Part shown: positions 1-12,616 of the stretch, piece by piece | How the letters are laid out: each line of letters begins with the position of its first letter | How positions within the stretch are numbered: the stretch's first letter is position 1 | Source of the DNA: Coniocarpon cinnabarinum | Taxonomy: Eukaryota | DNA length: 37,215 bases | Assembly (NCBI GenBank): GCA_051942205.1 | Contig: JAVECO010000210.1 | Span: forward strand, 1-37,215 | Reading direction: 5' to 3' | Notes under the pieces: model-generated | Databases searched by the model: none | The model's input: the letters and a program-made list of their open reading frames with translations, nothing else | What the model was told of the DNA's origin: nothing | Translations under genes and position numbers: made by a program

Positions 1-302
1 TTGTGGAGCGTAGTTGAGAGGTCTGGGCTACTGGCTCTAGGGGTTGTATTGTTGGATTCGGCGTCGGCGTCGTAGTTAGACTCTGTTCGACTTGAGATCT
101 GGAAGAGGGAGGGTAGAGAGGGGTGGTTGCGGAGGGGTTGAGGGCTGTAAGGGGAGGTGGCGGGGGTACAGCTGGAGTCGTGTGGGGGATTGTGTAGAGA
201 GGAGGAGGAGGAGGATATCTGTGTGCTATAAGACTTAGAAGGTGTAGTCGTGAGAGGTGTTTGGCTTGTTGGAGGAGGCGCGACGAGATAGCGAAAAGCC
301 AT
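1..302 (-). CDS. 5' part of a hypothetical Ser/Thr/Pro-rich protein, running off the left edge
   Basis: ATG at 302 opens a stop-free frame to position 1 (MAFRYLVAPPPTSQTPLTTTPSKSYSTQISSSSSSLHNPP...NYDADAESNNTTPRASSPDLSTTLH). Low complexity, no family motif visible. Confidence 0.5.
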   Translation of the reverse strand, partial: MAFRYLVAPPPTSQTPLTTTPSKSYSTQISSSSSSLHNPPHDSSCTPATSPYSPQPLRNHPSLPSLFQISSRTESNYDADAESNNTTPRASSPDLSTTLH

Positions 303-670
303 GTGGATAGTAGCGCAACTTCTGTGAGTTTATAACAGATGAAGTATGATAGTGAGTATGTATAGTAGCAACGTGCTGTTCTGTCGATGCAAAAGTAGAG
401 AGCAAAGGGAGATTGGGCGAATTTTTTCTTTTGTATCGTGAATTTGGATATGTTGAGGTCTGAGCATGACATCTGAATGACGGAAGGAAAAGTGTTGAGC
501 TTTTTCGCGGCACATCGTCCACAGAGCAGAGCACTCATCAAAGTATCGAGAGGAGGGAGAAGCGAGGTGCACACATTTGAAATAATTCTGAAATGCTTAC
601 TTATTTCTTACCTCATGTTCTGCTCCATGATAAGGCAAATTCCAAGGTCCGACCTGCAGAAACAACGTCC

Positions 671-1419
671 TCAGCAGGGATTTCCATTCACGGCATTACT
701 CATAAAACCGACGAAAACCGACATCAGCAGCGTTGCTCCGTGGATCAAGTCCGCGCTGAGGCAAAGACCCAAAATCGAAATCATGCCGAACAAGAATGAC
801 AAGAAGACTAGTCACCATGTTCAGCCCTCAACATATCAACCACAGCGAGAGGCGCGAATGGATACTTACAGAGGCCATGCCGAGACATGTACTGTGCTTC
901 AAGTGTCTTTTGTTGCTTCTGAGGGTTCCGGCTAGCCTCTGTAGCAGGAGCTCGGGCATAAGCTATTTGCGAACCCGCTTCTGGTTGCTGGGTGACGCCA
1001 TTCTTGCTGGCCAGGTCTTGCTCGTGTCCCAGGAGACGCAGGCTGAGCACAGCGAAGGCCGCTGTGGAGCGAAGGTGTCGTTCGACGGCAGCTATATTGC
1101 ATCTTGGACAGAGCGGGAGGCCATCGCGGTCAGGGTTTTCGGCTCTTTGTATCGTTTGCTGAATCTCCGTGTCGGCGCGTTTAATCACATCACGAAGAAG
1201 GGACGTCCAAGTACCCTTCCCTCGTTCGATGGCAGTGGAGTTGAAATACGATTCCGCTTGCTGCACTATCTGTTTCGCCTGCTCGGAATCTGGGTTAATA
1301 GCGTGGCAAAGCTTTTCCACTGACAGCTCCTCGAAGTCTTGGAGCAGATCGAGGAGCTCGCTCTCTTCTGTGACAGTGCACCTCGTCCAGCAGCAATGCA
1401 TGAGCTCTGATCCACCCAT
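671..1419 (-). CDS. Hypothetical protein (~228 aa) with hydrophobic C-terminal membrane anchor; 2 exons (1419-870, 807-671)
   Basis: ORF 808..1419 has a GTAAGT donor at 869 and a TAG acceptor ending at 808. Splicing keeps the frame and adds FFLSFLFGMISILGLCLSADLIHGATLLMSVFVGFMSNAVNGNPC-stop. Confidence 0.6.
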
Positions 1420-1654
1420 GGTAAAAGTTTTGGCGACGGCTAGATTTGTCTGTGCGTAGTAATCTGATGTAAAGTGAGGGATACTGTGCTAAAGAGCTGC
1501 GACTTTTATGTCAAATAGCCGTGTGCTTAGACATTGTATGCTTCTCCGGAAGATTTACGACCAGTGTCATTATGACTAAACTTAAAAAGGCTATGCACGT
1601 TGCATCATCATGGCTTCATGAAGAAGGACGTTCGATTCAGGCGAGGCATTCGAC

Positions 1655-3030
1655 TCAAGGCTGCCTCGCGCAAAACAAGGACAGTAATCTGTCAGCAACA
1701 TCCTCAATTGCGTTAGGCTTTAATATGGTGTCATGCATTGCATGCCTCTGTCGATATGTCAGCAAAACGTTGCGCGACCTGGTTGCATCTGACCCACGAA
1801 TGCAAACAGTGTTGCTTTGTACGCGTGATGGTAGACACTCTTAAACTCTATGTCACGCCCTGTATCCCCGTGGTTGAATGTATCCTCAGCTGCTTGCGTA
1901 TCGATATGCTTTACCAACTTCGTCTTGCGTTGTTGCAAACCGTACAGGCGCATGCCAGCCATGACCACACGGGAAATTGACTGCTTGTTCTTCATCTCTA
2001 TTGAAGCGTCATTGAAGCTATTTGTTGCAGCGGTCTCCTTTGGCAAGTGTGCGGGCGCTAAAATCTCTGCTGACATGTGGTTCGCGCTGTGCAAACTCTC
2101 TTCGCTTTGGTTCGCACTAGTCGAGGTGCTTCGCTTTTTGGGGTCAAGTTGGTTTATTGCAGCTGCAGGGTGCGGTCCCCTTGCGGAGGAGCAGGAGGAG
2201 CTCGGTCGTTCGCTGGTTTTAGCTTCGTTCAATGAAGACACACGAGGCGAACGCGGTGTGCTTGAAGCTAATGAAGCAGCGATAGAAAGACTACGTACAC
2301 CGTTGTGCCGAGCCTTCTTGCGGCGGTCCGCAGCCTCATCAAAAAGACTGTTTAAGCGCCTTTTAGGAGAGCTCTCTGGAAACACGAAGTGAGCCTCGCC
2401 AGCCTGCGTAGGGTCTTTTGCTCCAGCCAATGGCTTGTACAGCAAGTCCGAGGACAGGAGCAGACACCTGAATTGGATGTTGGACGTGATGTCGGGAAAA
2501 GGAAACCCGTCATCATCATGGTCTGAGGAAAGCGGAGGTGTGGGAAGCCGATTGGCGCCGGGAGTAGAGCGCTCAGCATATAGCAGCAATTCTGTAATCC
2601 GGGGCAAATCCTCCACAGGCTCTTGGGATTGTGAAGGACGGGCTAGGACAGCAATACTAGACTGGAGTGCCTGCGAAGAATGCCAAGGGGCAAACGGCTG
2701 TGCATCCTCACATTTTGTCTGGGGTTCGAAACGGATGGGCTCTTCATCAATCAAGCTCCTGTCGAGCCAAGACTTGGTGGACTCATTGTCGGTGCCTACG
2801 AGCAAGCCGCTGCTTTGTATCAGATGAAGCGGGATCAAGTCAGGGCTCACGAAGCCGAGAAACGTCAAGGAGCTGCCACGTAGTCTTTCCAATCCGGAGT
2901 CTTGGTCTGTGGTAGTGATACGAATGTCTGGGGACGTGAGAAATTTGTCTTCGAAAGCTACACGGATGTCCTCACCTTCCAATGTGGATCCAGCAGGGAG
3001 GTGTAGCTGCATATGCCATGTCTCGGTCAT
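1655..3030 (-). CDS. SLD7: Sld7 C-terminal-domain protein (replication initiation factor Sld7-like), ~441 aa; intron 1748-1797
   Basis: C-terminal NKQSISRVVMAGMRLYGL...EFKSVYHHAYKATLFAF|RH...IEDVADRLLSLFC resembles the fungal Sld7_C signature. A GTGGGT...GCTGAC...CAG intron restores the last helix. MCB boxes upstream fit a replication gene. Confidence 0.75.
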
Positions 3031-3156
3031 GCTCTACGAAGCCAAAACGCATGCCACGAAGCCATGCATTAATCTTGAATCATGTGCGCCTCAGCACGAT
3101 ATTGCAGAGGACGTTTCTGCCCCGTCTTTGAATCCATACCAATCCAATGTGACATG

Positions 3157-3193
3157 ACGCGCACGTGACGCGTCGTATAAACATGAGACGCGT
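3157..3193. promoter_or_regulatory. MCB (MluI cell-cycle box) cluster upstream of the SLD7-like gene
   Basis: ACGCGT at 3168-3173 and 3188-3193, ACGCG at 3157-3161 and CACGTG at 3162-3167, about 130-165 nt upstream of the ATG at 3030. Confidence 0.6.
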
Positions 3194-3610
3194 TTGAAGT
3201 TGGAGAGGTACGCCAAGTCTTGGCATAATTTGCCACCAGGCACGCCAGGGCAGTCCCCCTGAGATTTGTTACGTTCAACATGATGATGATGGCTCCATGA
3301 GCCGATGTTAACCTGTGCGCTGAAGCGGCGCTCTCTTGTCGTAACAGTCTAAGCAAGGTTGTACAAAAGGTCTCAAACACAATGTGGCGTGTCTCTCCAA
3401 CTACTCCGCACAGTTCTATGTTATCACTCCTTATAAGGAATTGGGGATCATAGGTTCAGTTATGATAGCATTTGTGCACATCGATCAGGCTGATAAGTAA
3501 AGCTAGCTAGCGCGCTCAGCTTGGCTGTTGAATCTTTTGAGGAAACTTTCATTCTCATCGTCCATGCTTTTGGGAAGATGAAGTTCAGCTTTTCGTACAG
3601 GGGCCCATGT

Positions 3611-4779
3611 CTAGAGATTTGCTGTGCAACCAGGCGCTTGCCTCTCCAAACGCTCACACAACTCCTTGAATACCCGATCACCCAATCTTTTGCCCTCAGG
3701 AGACAAGGAAAGCCTGCTCGGCTGTTCAATATCCATATCTGTCAGATATTGTCCATGCGATCCCGCTCCACTGCTAACTGCGTGCACGAGCGTCCTGCTA
3801 CCTTCCTGTTGATATTGGTAAGTAAGACTCGGTGGAAGAAGCAGTCTCATCTAGATTCGCACCTACCTCTGCTGTTCGTGCGAGGAAGTATTTCATCATG
3901 TGGACTGGACTCAAAACTGGCTCCTCCCGAGCCAAGTCAGAGTGACACATGCCCGGGTGAACCATGTTGACAGTCACCGGATAGTCGCCTTTGGCATCTA
4001 AAGATACTGTTCGGTTCGGCCTCATCGCCGCCATTTTCCTAACAATGAGCACCTCGAGAAGTTTGCTGACATTGTATCTCTGCCTGCCAAACATTATCAG
4101 CATGACTCGAAGATTTTTCTTTTGGCTGGAAAGATGATGAGAGAGCGTCTTACTTCATGTCCGCTTTGTCTTCGTTACTGAGATCGTCAAAAATATGCCC
4201 AATTCTAGCACTTCGACCTTCGTTGAATTCTGTAAAGTAATGGACCTCACTTGACACGATGGTCAGGACCGGACAGCAGTCGAAAGCTTCTGCCGTCTTC
4301 TTCATCTTTGGGAGCAAGAGAAGCGCGAGCAGAAATGTTGAGATCACGTTTGTCTTGATGGTCGACTCTTCTCCTTCCACGGTACGAAAGGTATACGTTG
4401 ACATCCCCGCATTCTCCAGAAGCACGTCGACTCGCTTGAGTACTCTGTTCGCGCGCTCGGCAAATCCTTGGACGCTCTTGGTGCTGGTGAGATCCAGTGG
4501 CCAAACCTCAACGACTCCTTTCCGACATCTCGTCGCCTCCTCAATCAACTCCTTTGCTTTTGCACCCTTTGCTGTCGAGCGTACGCCTAAGACGAGCTTC
4601 GACGCCCCAAGACGAGCAATGTGCTTCGCCGCTTCGAATCCTAGTCCGGCATTGGCGCCCGTAATGATGACAGTTTGACCATGGAAGGACGAAGGTGGCA
4701 CAGGGAGGCTCGAGTAAAGAAGCTGAGAAGTAAGAAAATATGGAAGGGAACCAGGTGAAAACCATCGATCGTGCACCAT
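3611..4779 (-). CDS. Short-chain dehydrogenase/reductase (retinol dehydrogenase/WWOX-like), ~345 aa; introns 4084-4153 and 3806-3866
   Basis: TGANAGLG Rossmann motif, ENAG, VSSEVH, catalytic YNVSK, VHPG and ARTAE|EGSRTLVHA. Both introns are GT-AG and restore one frame. Confidence 0.9.
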
Positions 4780-5376
4780 TTTCAAGGTTGAATGCAAGTC
4801 TTGTATTCCCTTTTGAAAGATGCTTGCTGTCAGAGCGTAGCTGCTGGGTATTATAATCATGAGCGAAAACTGGCATTAGCTATGTTGCTGCGAAGTTGAA
4901 GTCATGCCAACACCATGGCCATGCCATCGAAAACCTCGTCACAATTATATAGGAGGGTAGTCATCTTGACCGTCAAGCTCAAATGATACAACCGTCCAAA
5001 CGAGGATATTTGTTATTTGCCATTTTCATACCTCGATCTGCACTACCCCAGGAAGGATGGCTTTTACGATCAATTTCGAGCAAAGTCGTTCCGAACTCTT
5101 TGTTGCATGTCGATGGAATGGCCGGTAATTTCTCGTCCGCAGCGTAAGTGCTCACCCCGCTTGCCACTTGCTGTCGGAAGCAGGTTGCCGTGGCAGAATG
5201 CTCGGCCCGAACTAGCTGACAATGAAACCACATTCAATTCGAATGAAACGAGAGCGTTCGGCCAACCTCCGCATTATTCTCTGAGAGAGGACTCAAGACT
5301 CTTTTGGAACGTATAGACGGAGCGTTTGGGAGGAGCATCGACCTCTCTGGACGATTGGACATCTCCGGTAACGGTA

Positions 5377-6219
5377 TTACGTATCCACATCCATTCCCTC
5401 TCCCTGTTGCTGTGTCGAGCCACCTCCACCTTCAGTACCCTCGCTGCCCTCCGCAATCTGATCTAACCAGCCTCGGATTTTCTCGCCTTCTAGCAGCTCA
5501 AACTTCTCGCCCTTTCCGCCGACTCCTAAGCTCGTATTGTCCACGGTCAGCTGTTTATCCTGTTGCAAACTCTCCCTCAACGCCCGCATTGCATGCTTCA
5601 CCAGTTCCTCTCGACTACAGTCCTGGAACTTTTCCAAGTGTCGCTCTAAATAGGTCCGTGCCATTTGACTCCTGGCTCCAATCGCATCTGCCACCATTTC
5701 CTGAGTTACCCCACTAGGATTGAACTCGAAAAGGTGTGATCCGGACGCATCGACACCAGCAATGAGAAGTCCAACACCGTATGGGCGATGTCCGTACATT
5801 TGCGTATTTGTCTGAGCGCGGTCGGCGATACGAGAAACGATGTGCGCAAGAGGAATCGGTCGACCCATGTTCAGTCGCGAGGCGAGAGACTGCTGTTTCA
5901 TGTAGTTGGAAAGAACCCGAGCGTCAGAGGCAAGGCCTGCGAGTGCGAGGCCATAATGGGCATCGATGGGGATGACTTTCTTCTGGTATGAAGATAGCTC
6001 TTCTGCGTTTCGCTAAACATATTCTGTGAGTTGACCGTATTCAATGCGGCGCATTCAATGTAAAAATACCTTTAATGCTGCCAGTACAACGTGTGTCTTG
6101 CTTGCGATTCCAACTACCACGGACCCTTGTTTCACTGCCTCCTGCGCATACTCGACCTGGAAAATGCGGCCTTGAGGGGAGAAAGTAATGCAATCATTGT
6201 CGTAATTGTTGCGGAACAT
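5377..6219 (-). CDS. PRE5: 20S proteasome subunit alpha-6 (alpha type-1), ~261 aa; intron 6013-6069
   Basis: N-terminus [33 protein letters not shown], then [25 protein letters not shown] and [14 protein letters not shown]. Confidence 0.96.
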
Positions 6220-6651
6220 CTCGATGTACCTGTAGCTCGAGAGCTCACGCTCGCACCGTCAGACAAGGTTGTGAAAGTGTGTCTAGCGAAGGGTTGAGCC
6301 TATGAGGAAAGGTTTCGGAGGGTCGCGCTGACTGCTATATGTCGCAGAATCGGGACGATCGATTCAAGAGATCAATCAGACCTTTGAAAGATAGACGGCA
6401 GCAGGACGCGTGAGCGAGCAAGCTCCCACTTGCCTGAATCCCAAGGCTGCCGCTAGTTCCGCCATACTGACCCGTCACCTGCTTCGTGCCAGCTATTCTC
6501 TCCTTCCAGCTCCGTACTTCGCCGGACTTCGTCGAGTTCGCCTTTTACACCTTCTCCAGCTTTTGATAGGCCTCTCGACCGAGTGCTGCGACTTTGATCT
6601 ACAACTCCGGGAACTGTTAACGCTCAATACCTGGATCCTGACATCGCCAGC

Positions 6652-7090
6652 ATGGCGGGCCTTAAGACGATCATCGCGCTCTCCTTTGTAAGTCGTGTCA
6701 AATGCATTCATACATATATAGCTGACCGCACAGGTGCTTGCGATCGGATTCCTGCTCTGCATCCTCTCATGCGCACTCTTTCACTCGTACTACCCCCTCC
6801 TGGTAGTCGCAACCTACGTCGTTGCTCCGCTGCCCAACTTCGTCTGCGAGAAGTGTGCTGGACAAGATGATTTTCTGAGCTCGGATGGTGGTAACAGCGG
6901 CGCAATCATCGATTTCGGGCGCTTCATGACGGGCTTTTTGTGCGTGCAGGGAATAGCACTTCCAGCTTTATTGGCACACAGCAACTACATCCGCTTGCCT
7001 GCTATGGTCATGAGCATATGTGGCGGTCTTTTGATTTACGGAACAATCATTAGCTTCACGGCATTCTTCAGGGAAGAGGAGGAATTCTAA
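6652..7090 (+). CDS. VPS55: Vacuolar protein sorting 55 (OB-RGRP family), ~130 aa; intron 6688-6733
   Basis: MAGLKTIIALSF|VLAIGFLLCILSCAL...APLPN...DFGRFMTGF...GGLLIYGTI; four hydrophobic segments; canonical GTAAGT...GCTGAC...CAG intron. Confidence 0.93.
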
Positions 7091-7344
7091 GATTAACTAG
7101 AAGCATATCAACTGAATCACACCTCTAAGAGTTTCACGCGGCTAGCGCTAAGTATAGAACATTTAGTATCTTCATTACCAATCGACGATTCGAAAGCTAC
7201 AATGGATACAAATGCATTTGCTAAAGACGCTGATGGGGTGCTGAAGTTTCCTAGGCTGATGAGACTGCATTACACTTGCGAATGCAATGTCCATACTTCC
7301 TACGCCTGGTTATTTGCACCCTTCGGAATTTGGAACGCTTGAGA

Positions 7345-8127
7345 CTACAGGATGTTCCAGTCATTGGTGTTCAGGCGGCTTGTACTTGGCTCGTATTCCT
7401 GGATGGCTCGGATCACGCCCTCTGCATCTGTGGCGCTTCGAACGATACCGGCGTTGTTTTCTACAATGAAGCCGGCGTTCACTGATTCTTGAATCCACTC
7501 CATCATCTTGTTCCAATATCCGGCGACGTTGAAGTATATGACGGGTCTGTCATGAATTCCCAACTGGTTCCAAGTGGTCATTTCGAAGAACTCCTCCACT
7601 GTCCCAAAACCCCCAGGAAGTGCAACGAAAGCGCTGCCTGGCCCACCTTCGTACACCTCCTTAGCCATGAGCGTCTTTCGCTCATGCATGCTTTGGACGA
7701 CGGTGGTCTTGCCGAACTCTGATGAATCTGGCACGTTGTACTTCCCGGATGCTGGGCTCGGTGGTGCCTTGGCTTCGCTGTCTGGTTTGGACAAAGAGGC
7801 CTCCACTGGAAGCAGAGCTTCTGGAATGATGCCGTGCACAGAGTCTGGGCCGGAAAGAGCAACCAAGGTTTTTGCAACCTCTCCCATCATGCCCAGTGTG
7901 CCACCACCGTAGACCAGCTTGATGTTGTGTCGGTGCATGATCTCTGCTAGAGATCGAGCAGCGTCGAGATAAGCTGGCCTCTTGCCATTGGAGGCACCAC
8001 AACTTTGAAGAATTGTCAGCTGTTGGTGCCGAAAAGTGCAAGTGACATGTGTGACTCACAAGACACAGATGACGGCTCGTTTGTTGGAACCTTCAACGGG
8101 GGCGCTGTTACTACCCGGTGCACTCAT
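7345..8127 (-). CDS. LOG1: LOG (Lonely Guy) family nucleotide phosphoribohydrolase, ~241 aa; intron 8003-8059
   Basis: ICVF|CGAS, LVYGGG, MHERK and the PGGFGTVEE (PGGxGTxxE) signature, followed by TWNQLGIH. The intron has a GTGAGT donor and an AAG acceptor. Confidence 0.92.
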
Positions 8128-8711
8128 TGTTGGGTGTCAGGAATGTGAAAGCAGTCAATAGGAGGGCTTTCTGGAGCAATGAATATAAAGTTGGGAAGTT
8201 AGTGCTGATGTATTGTTGATGTCGTAAATTGTAACATGTAGTTCTGATTGAGGGCTAGCTACTCTTCAAATATGTCTACTTCCAACAAATGAGCGTTTGC
8301 AGTGTTTGTGCCAAGGTGCAATACAGCACTGAGCCTCGTATGAGCCGTTGCCTGCATGCGCCTTGGAAGTTCCATACGTCAAACACGCGAGCACGTGCTG
8401 CGCAGATTACGGGAAGTGCTTACGTAAAGCTGGGCTGGCAGTTGAGGGCCATATTGACAACGCGAATCATCGGGCATCCATCAAGAGGCATTCATCAAGA
8501 TTCCGGGCGCTGTGAACCAACTTCTCTTCGATCAGGTGATCAGTGCGATGACGGTTTAATGTTCGTGTACTTTGCCTCGTCCACCCAACTCGTTTGCCCA
8601 GCAATTACATCACACTCGACACAAACGCTGCGATGTTGAGGTAAGCCGCTCGTGCGAAAAGCAAACACTTCTGCAGGCGAGTCCGCTGCGATTTGTTGTC
8701 TTGCTCAAAAG

Positions 8712-10776
8712 ATGCCTGAGGAGCGACAGCCACAACGCGAAGCCTCCGGGCCCAGCTTTCTTCGAACTGCTGCTCAGAGCATAGGATTATTCATTGGCAT
8801 ACAGTTCCTGGTCCGACAATTCGTGAATGGGGGATTTGCGAAAAATGACACCAAAGAGCAAGTTGCAGCGACCTCCACAGGGTCAATCCCAGCGTTCAAT
8901 GCTCGGCCTTCACTGAATGAGATTACCGGGCAATACAATCACGTACCACAATCCATCGCGCCAATTTGGCCTTCTAACGCCAGCGTAGATATCAGCATGT
9001 ACGTGTCTCCATCTTTGATCATGCCCTCGTTGAAGCACGTGCCTTACGAGACACTCGTCCTCCATGAGAACAACATCAAGCTCGACAATTGGAGTGACAC
9101 CCGGGACGTCCATTCAAGCTTTACTGTTCCCCGAGAAGTGCAGAACAATGGTACACTCTGGGCACATATCTATGTTGCACTAGCAGGCTCTCCCAGTGAT
9201 CCAGCGGAAGGTCATTACGATCCATCACAGGCATACCATTTCGTTAGGCCCTTGAACCAGTATCTGTTGAAAAAGAAAGCAAGAAAGGCCAGAAATCTTC
9301 TGTCGAGCTCCGATGAAGATGTCGAGCTGGAAGAAGACGATGACGTCCCAGATCGGTCAATCTCTTCTTACTTCCATCCCAACTTCACGTTGTCATTCGT
9401 CCCGGACGCTGGGCCTCAATCGTACGTCAAGATGCACCCAGCGGCACGTGCATGGGTACAGCTCGAGTCTACGGGCGCTCGTGATGTGTCTGGCCAGAAC
9501 GGGTGGTACTACCCTATTCTGTACCTCAATAGCTTTTGGCAGCTACGTACGCACATGACCGAACTGAACTCCACCGTTAAGGATCTGCCAATCAACATCC
9601 ACCTGAACCTTTTGTCACACTGGAAGTTCAGCCTCATGTCCTCGATGGATTTCGGTATGAAAGAGAACCAGAGAAAGCTAGCAGCTGGTGAGACACTCCC
9701 TGGCGGTGGCGATGGTACGGAGCTCGAAGAGATAAAAAGAATTCTGCTCGACAGCAACGTCTATTTGCTATCTACTACTGTGGTCGTTGGGATTCTCCAC
9801 ACAATACTGGAGATGCTCGCTTTCGGTAGTGATGTTAGCCACTGGCGCAACAAAAAGGATAACGTTGGCGTCTCGGTACGGACGATCTTGGCGAATGTGT
9901 TTATGCAGACAATCATCTTCTTGTACTTGCTCGACAACAACGAAAACACCTCTTGGATGATCTACATGACGCAAGGTATGGGCATCGTACTGGAAGCGTG
10001 GAAGGTTACGAAGACCGTCAATGTCCGAGTTCGACCAACGCCTCCGGACTCAAAGGCATTCCCTTGGCGATACCTTCCGTATACCGTCGTCTTCGAAGAC
10101 AAGCATACGCTCTCGGAGACAGAGCTCAAGACCCAGGAATACGATGCCATTGCATTCAAATACATGTACTGGGTGGCCCTTCCTCTGCTAGCCGCGTACG
10201 CAGCCTACAGTCTGGTTTACGACACACACAAGTCCTGGTACTCCTTCATCATCACCACGCTGGTTGGTTCGGTCTACGCTTATGGCTTCTTGATGATGGT
10301 TCCGGCACTGTATATCAACTACCGATTGCAATCAGTGGCACACATGCCTGGCAAGACGATGATGTACAAAGTTCTCAAGTAAGTTTACTGCCCTTTTTCC
10401 TCGTGTCCTTTGCGTGCTTTCGTCACATGTGAATAGTCCTGGCTAATCGTTTGAACTTTGCAGCACGTTCATCGACGATCTCTTTGCGTTTACCGTCAAA
10501 ATGCCAATCTTACATCGCCTTGCCACGTTTCGAGATGATATTGTGTTTTTCGTTTATCTTTACCAGGGCTGGGCATATCGCATTGATTACACACGGGTCA
10601 ACGAGTTTGGTCAAGGAGGTGATGACGAAGATGTGGCCGACAAGCTTGCCAACAAGCCATTAGAAGCACCAGTTGAAGGCAAGACTGGAGACAGACCAGC
10701 CGGAGGTGCAGCCGACGAAAAAGCTGCAGCTACATTATCCGGGAACGATAGGGGAAAAGCTAAGAAGAGAAGGTAG
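8712..10776 (+). CDS. CLPTM1-family multi-pass membrane protein, ~659 aa; intron 10379-10463
   Basis: VQNNGTLWAHIY, YYPILYLNSFWQLR, LEMLAFGSDVSHW, HKSWYSFII, PALYINYRLQSVAHMP, YKVLN|TFIDDLFAF and YRIDYTRVNEFG are typical CLPTM1 motifs. Confidence 0.92.
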
Positions 10777-11225
10777 TCCGTGTTTGAGAGATGTGGTACA
10801 TACTTTACCGCTTGTGTTTAGAAGTAGAATGCAATAGCGATGTGGTTTCTTTAAAGTAGGCTCTTATGCACATAGCATCGTTGAAGACATATATAATGGG
10901 ACTTGCCAATGGCTGCATCTGTGAGAGGCATTGCTTTTTTTTAGAGACATGAAGCAGCTTGTGCCGGCAAGGTTGGAAGTCTCGTTGTATCTACTGCCAT
11001 TTCGAGGCTTTGATTTGATCATGGTTAGGTCCAATTTTACACTGCGTCGCGCATCTTGTTGCCTATACTTCCTGCGCATGTCATCTTGAGGCTTTGGTTG
11101 AGCCTACTGTGCATCTCCGCAGCTCGCTTGCACGTGAATCATTCGAAGAATCGTAGAGTTCGACTGCAGCATCGCACCATTTTCACGAACGGACCAAGGG
11201 GACTATATCTACACTTTCGCTTGTC

Positions 11226-12116
11226 ATGGTCAAGTCCACGCAGATTGCAAGATTAGACGGTGCGATATCTCATCCATACTCCTCATTTTGCTCGTCGCTT
11301 ACACGGAATAGGCTTGCCGTTGGCGGCGTCCGTCGATGATGAACAAGTACGTGATCAACTCCCCGCGTTCCTCATCAACTTCCAAGACAGCCTGGTTCCT
11401 GATCTGCATAGCACTGGACAAATCAGGCGTTCACAATCACCAGCAAGGACTAACAAGTCTACTGCGCTTAGGCAGAAGCAGAGCTCGCGGACATCAAGAC
11501 AAAAGTCAAACATGTACTTCGGCGGCTGAATCGCAACTCGGCGTCAGAGGCAAGCATTGAGAGTGGCCCTTTCACGATACAGTATGTTTGTGTATAGAGA
11601 ATGCCCTGGAGCGTAATAAACAGATAAGCTAACACACGGCCTAGCTATGTAATCAAGGACGATGTCTGTTTCCTATGCATATGCGACACATCCTATCCAC
11701 GCAAACTCGCGTTCACGTATCTCTCTGACCTTGCTACGGAGTTCACCACCACATACCCAGCCTCCCAATACATGTCGCCACAGTGCCGACCCTACGCGTT
11801 TGTGGAGTTTGACACATTCATTCAGCGCACCAAGAAGACGTACCAGGACAGCAGAGCATCGGCGAACCTGGACAAGCTCAACAGCGAGCTCAAGGACGTG
11901 ACGAAGGTCATGACGAAGAACATTGAAGATCTGCTGTACCGAGGAGACAGCCTGGAGCGGATGGGAGATATGAGTCAACGGCTCAAGGAAGATTCACGCA
12001 AATACAAGAAAGCGGCGGTGCGGATCAATTGGGAGCTGCTATTGAAGCAATATGGGCCTGTAGCGGGGCTTGTGCTGTTCATTATCATATTTCTGTGGTG
12101 GCGATTCTTCACATAG
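11226..12116 (+). CDS. SEC22: ER-Golgi R-SNARE Sec22 (longin + synaptobrevin + TM), ~216 aa; introns 11260-11311, 11347-11471, 11582-11644
   Basis: Spliced MVKSTQIARLDGLPLAASVDDEQ...SYPRKLAFTYL...RPYAFVEFDTFIQ...NIEDLLYRGDSLE plus a C-terminal TM segment; three GT-AG introns restore the frame. Confidence 0.95.
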
Positions 12117-12616
12117 TAGCTCGAACGCAGCCGGTCATTGGGCGTACCGTACACCAGCTTTGACTGGCTTTGACCCAAACACCGTCCATTGTGTGCGCCA
12201 TCAATTCCGAAGGGGCCCTTGGGAACAGCTGGAATAGGTGCTCTGGCATACTGTCAACCCCACGGCTTGCACAGGCATGAAGATGGGGCGGCAACTCCCT
12301 GAAACGGTGAGGCTGTTTCATGTACAATCACAAGGCAGGACGTCACTCATCAGCATCGAGCTTCTGCCATTCCATTGTCCCAAGCACTTGCGCGCCGGTA
12401 GGTATTCCAGGTGAATGAAGTGCGCGCACCGGACGAGTTTGACGCTAGGCCCGAAACGCTCTGGGGCAGCTCGGCCCGCCCAGGAACAGGCTTAGTGTAA
12501 TGTTTTGTAGTAGCTCTCAGAGGCAAGCACCTGCTGCTTCTTCGAATGAATAAGAACAATCACTTCCCATTGTTCTACCCATCAGGCAACATGATGGATC
12601 CTTCCAGCCATTCGCA

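Noticed and set aside
4780..4860. Upstream ORF-track start for the SDR (and similar ones for CLPTM1 8652, SER1 32032, PI-PLC 26972)
   Set aside because: The extensions are non-ATG or non-conserved-looking; downstream ATGs give the family-typical N-termini.
11347..11471. Longer SEC22 intron 2 with a weak inverted repeat (CCTGAT...ATCAGG) as a possible intronic snoRNA or twin intron
   Set aside because: No properly placed C/D or H/ACA boxes and no clear nested splice sites; the stem is short enough to be chance.
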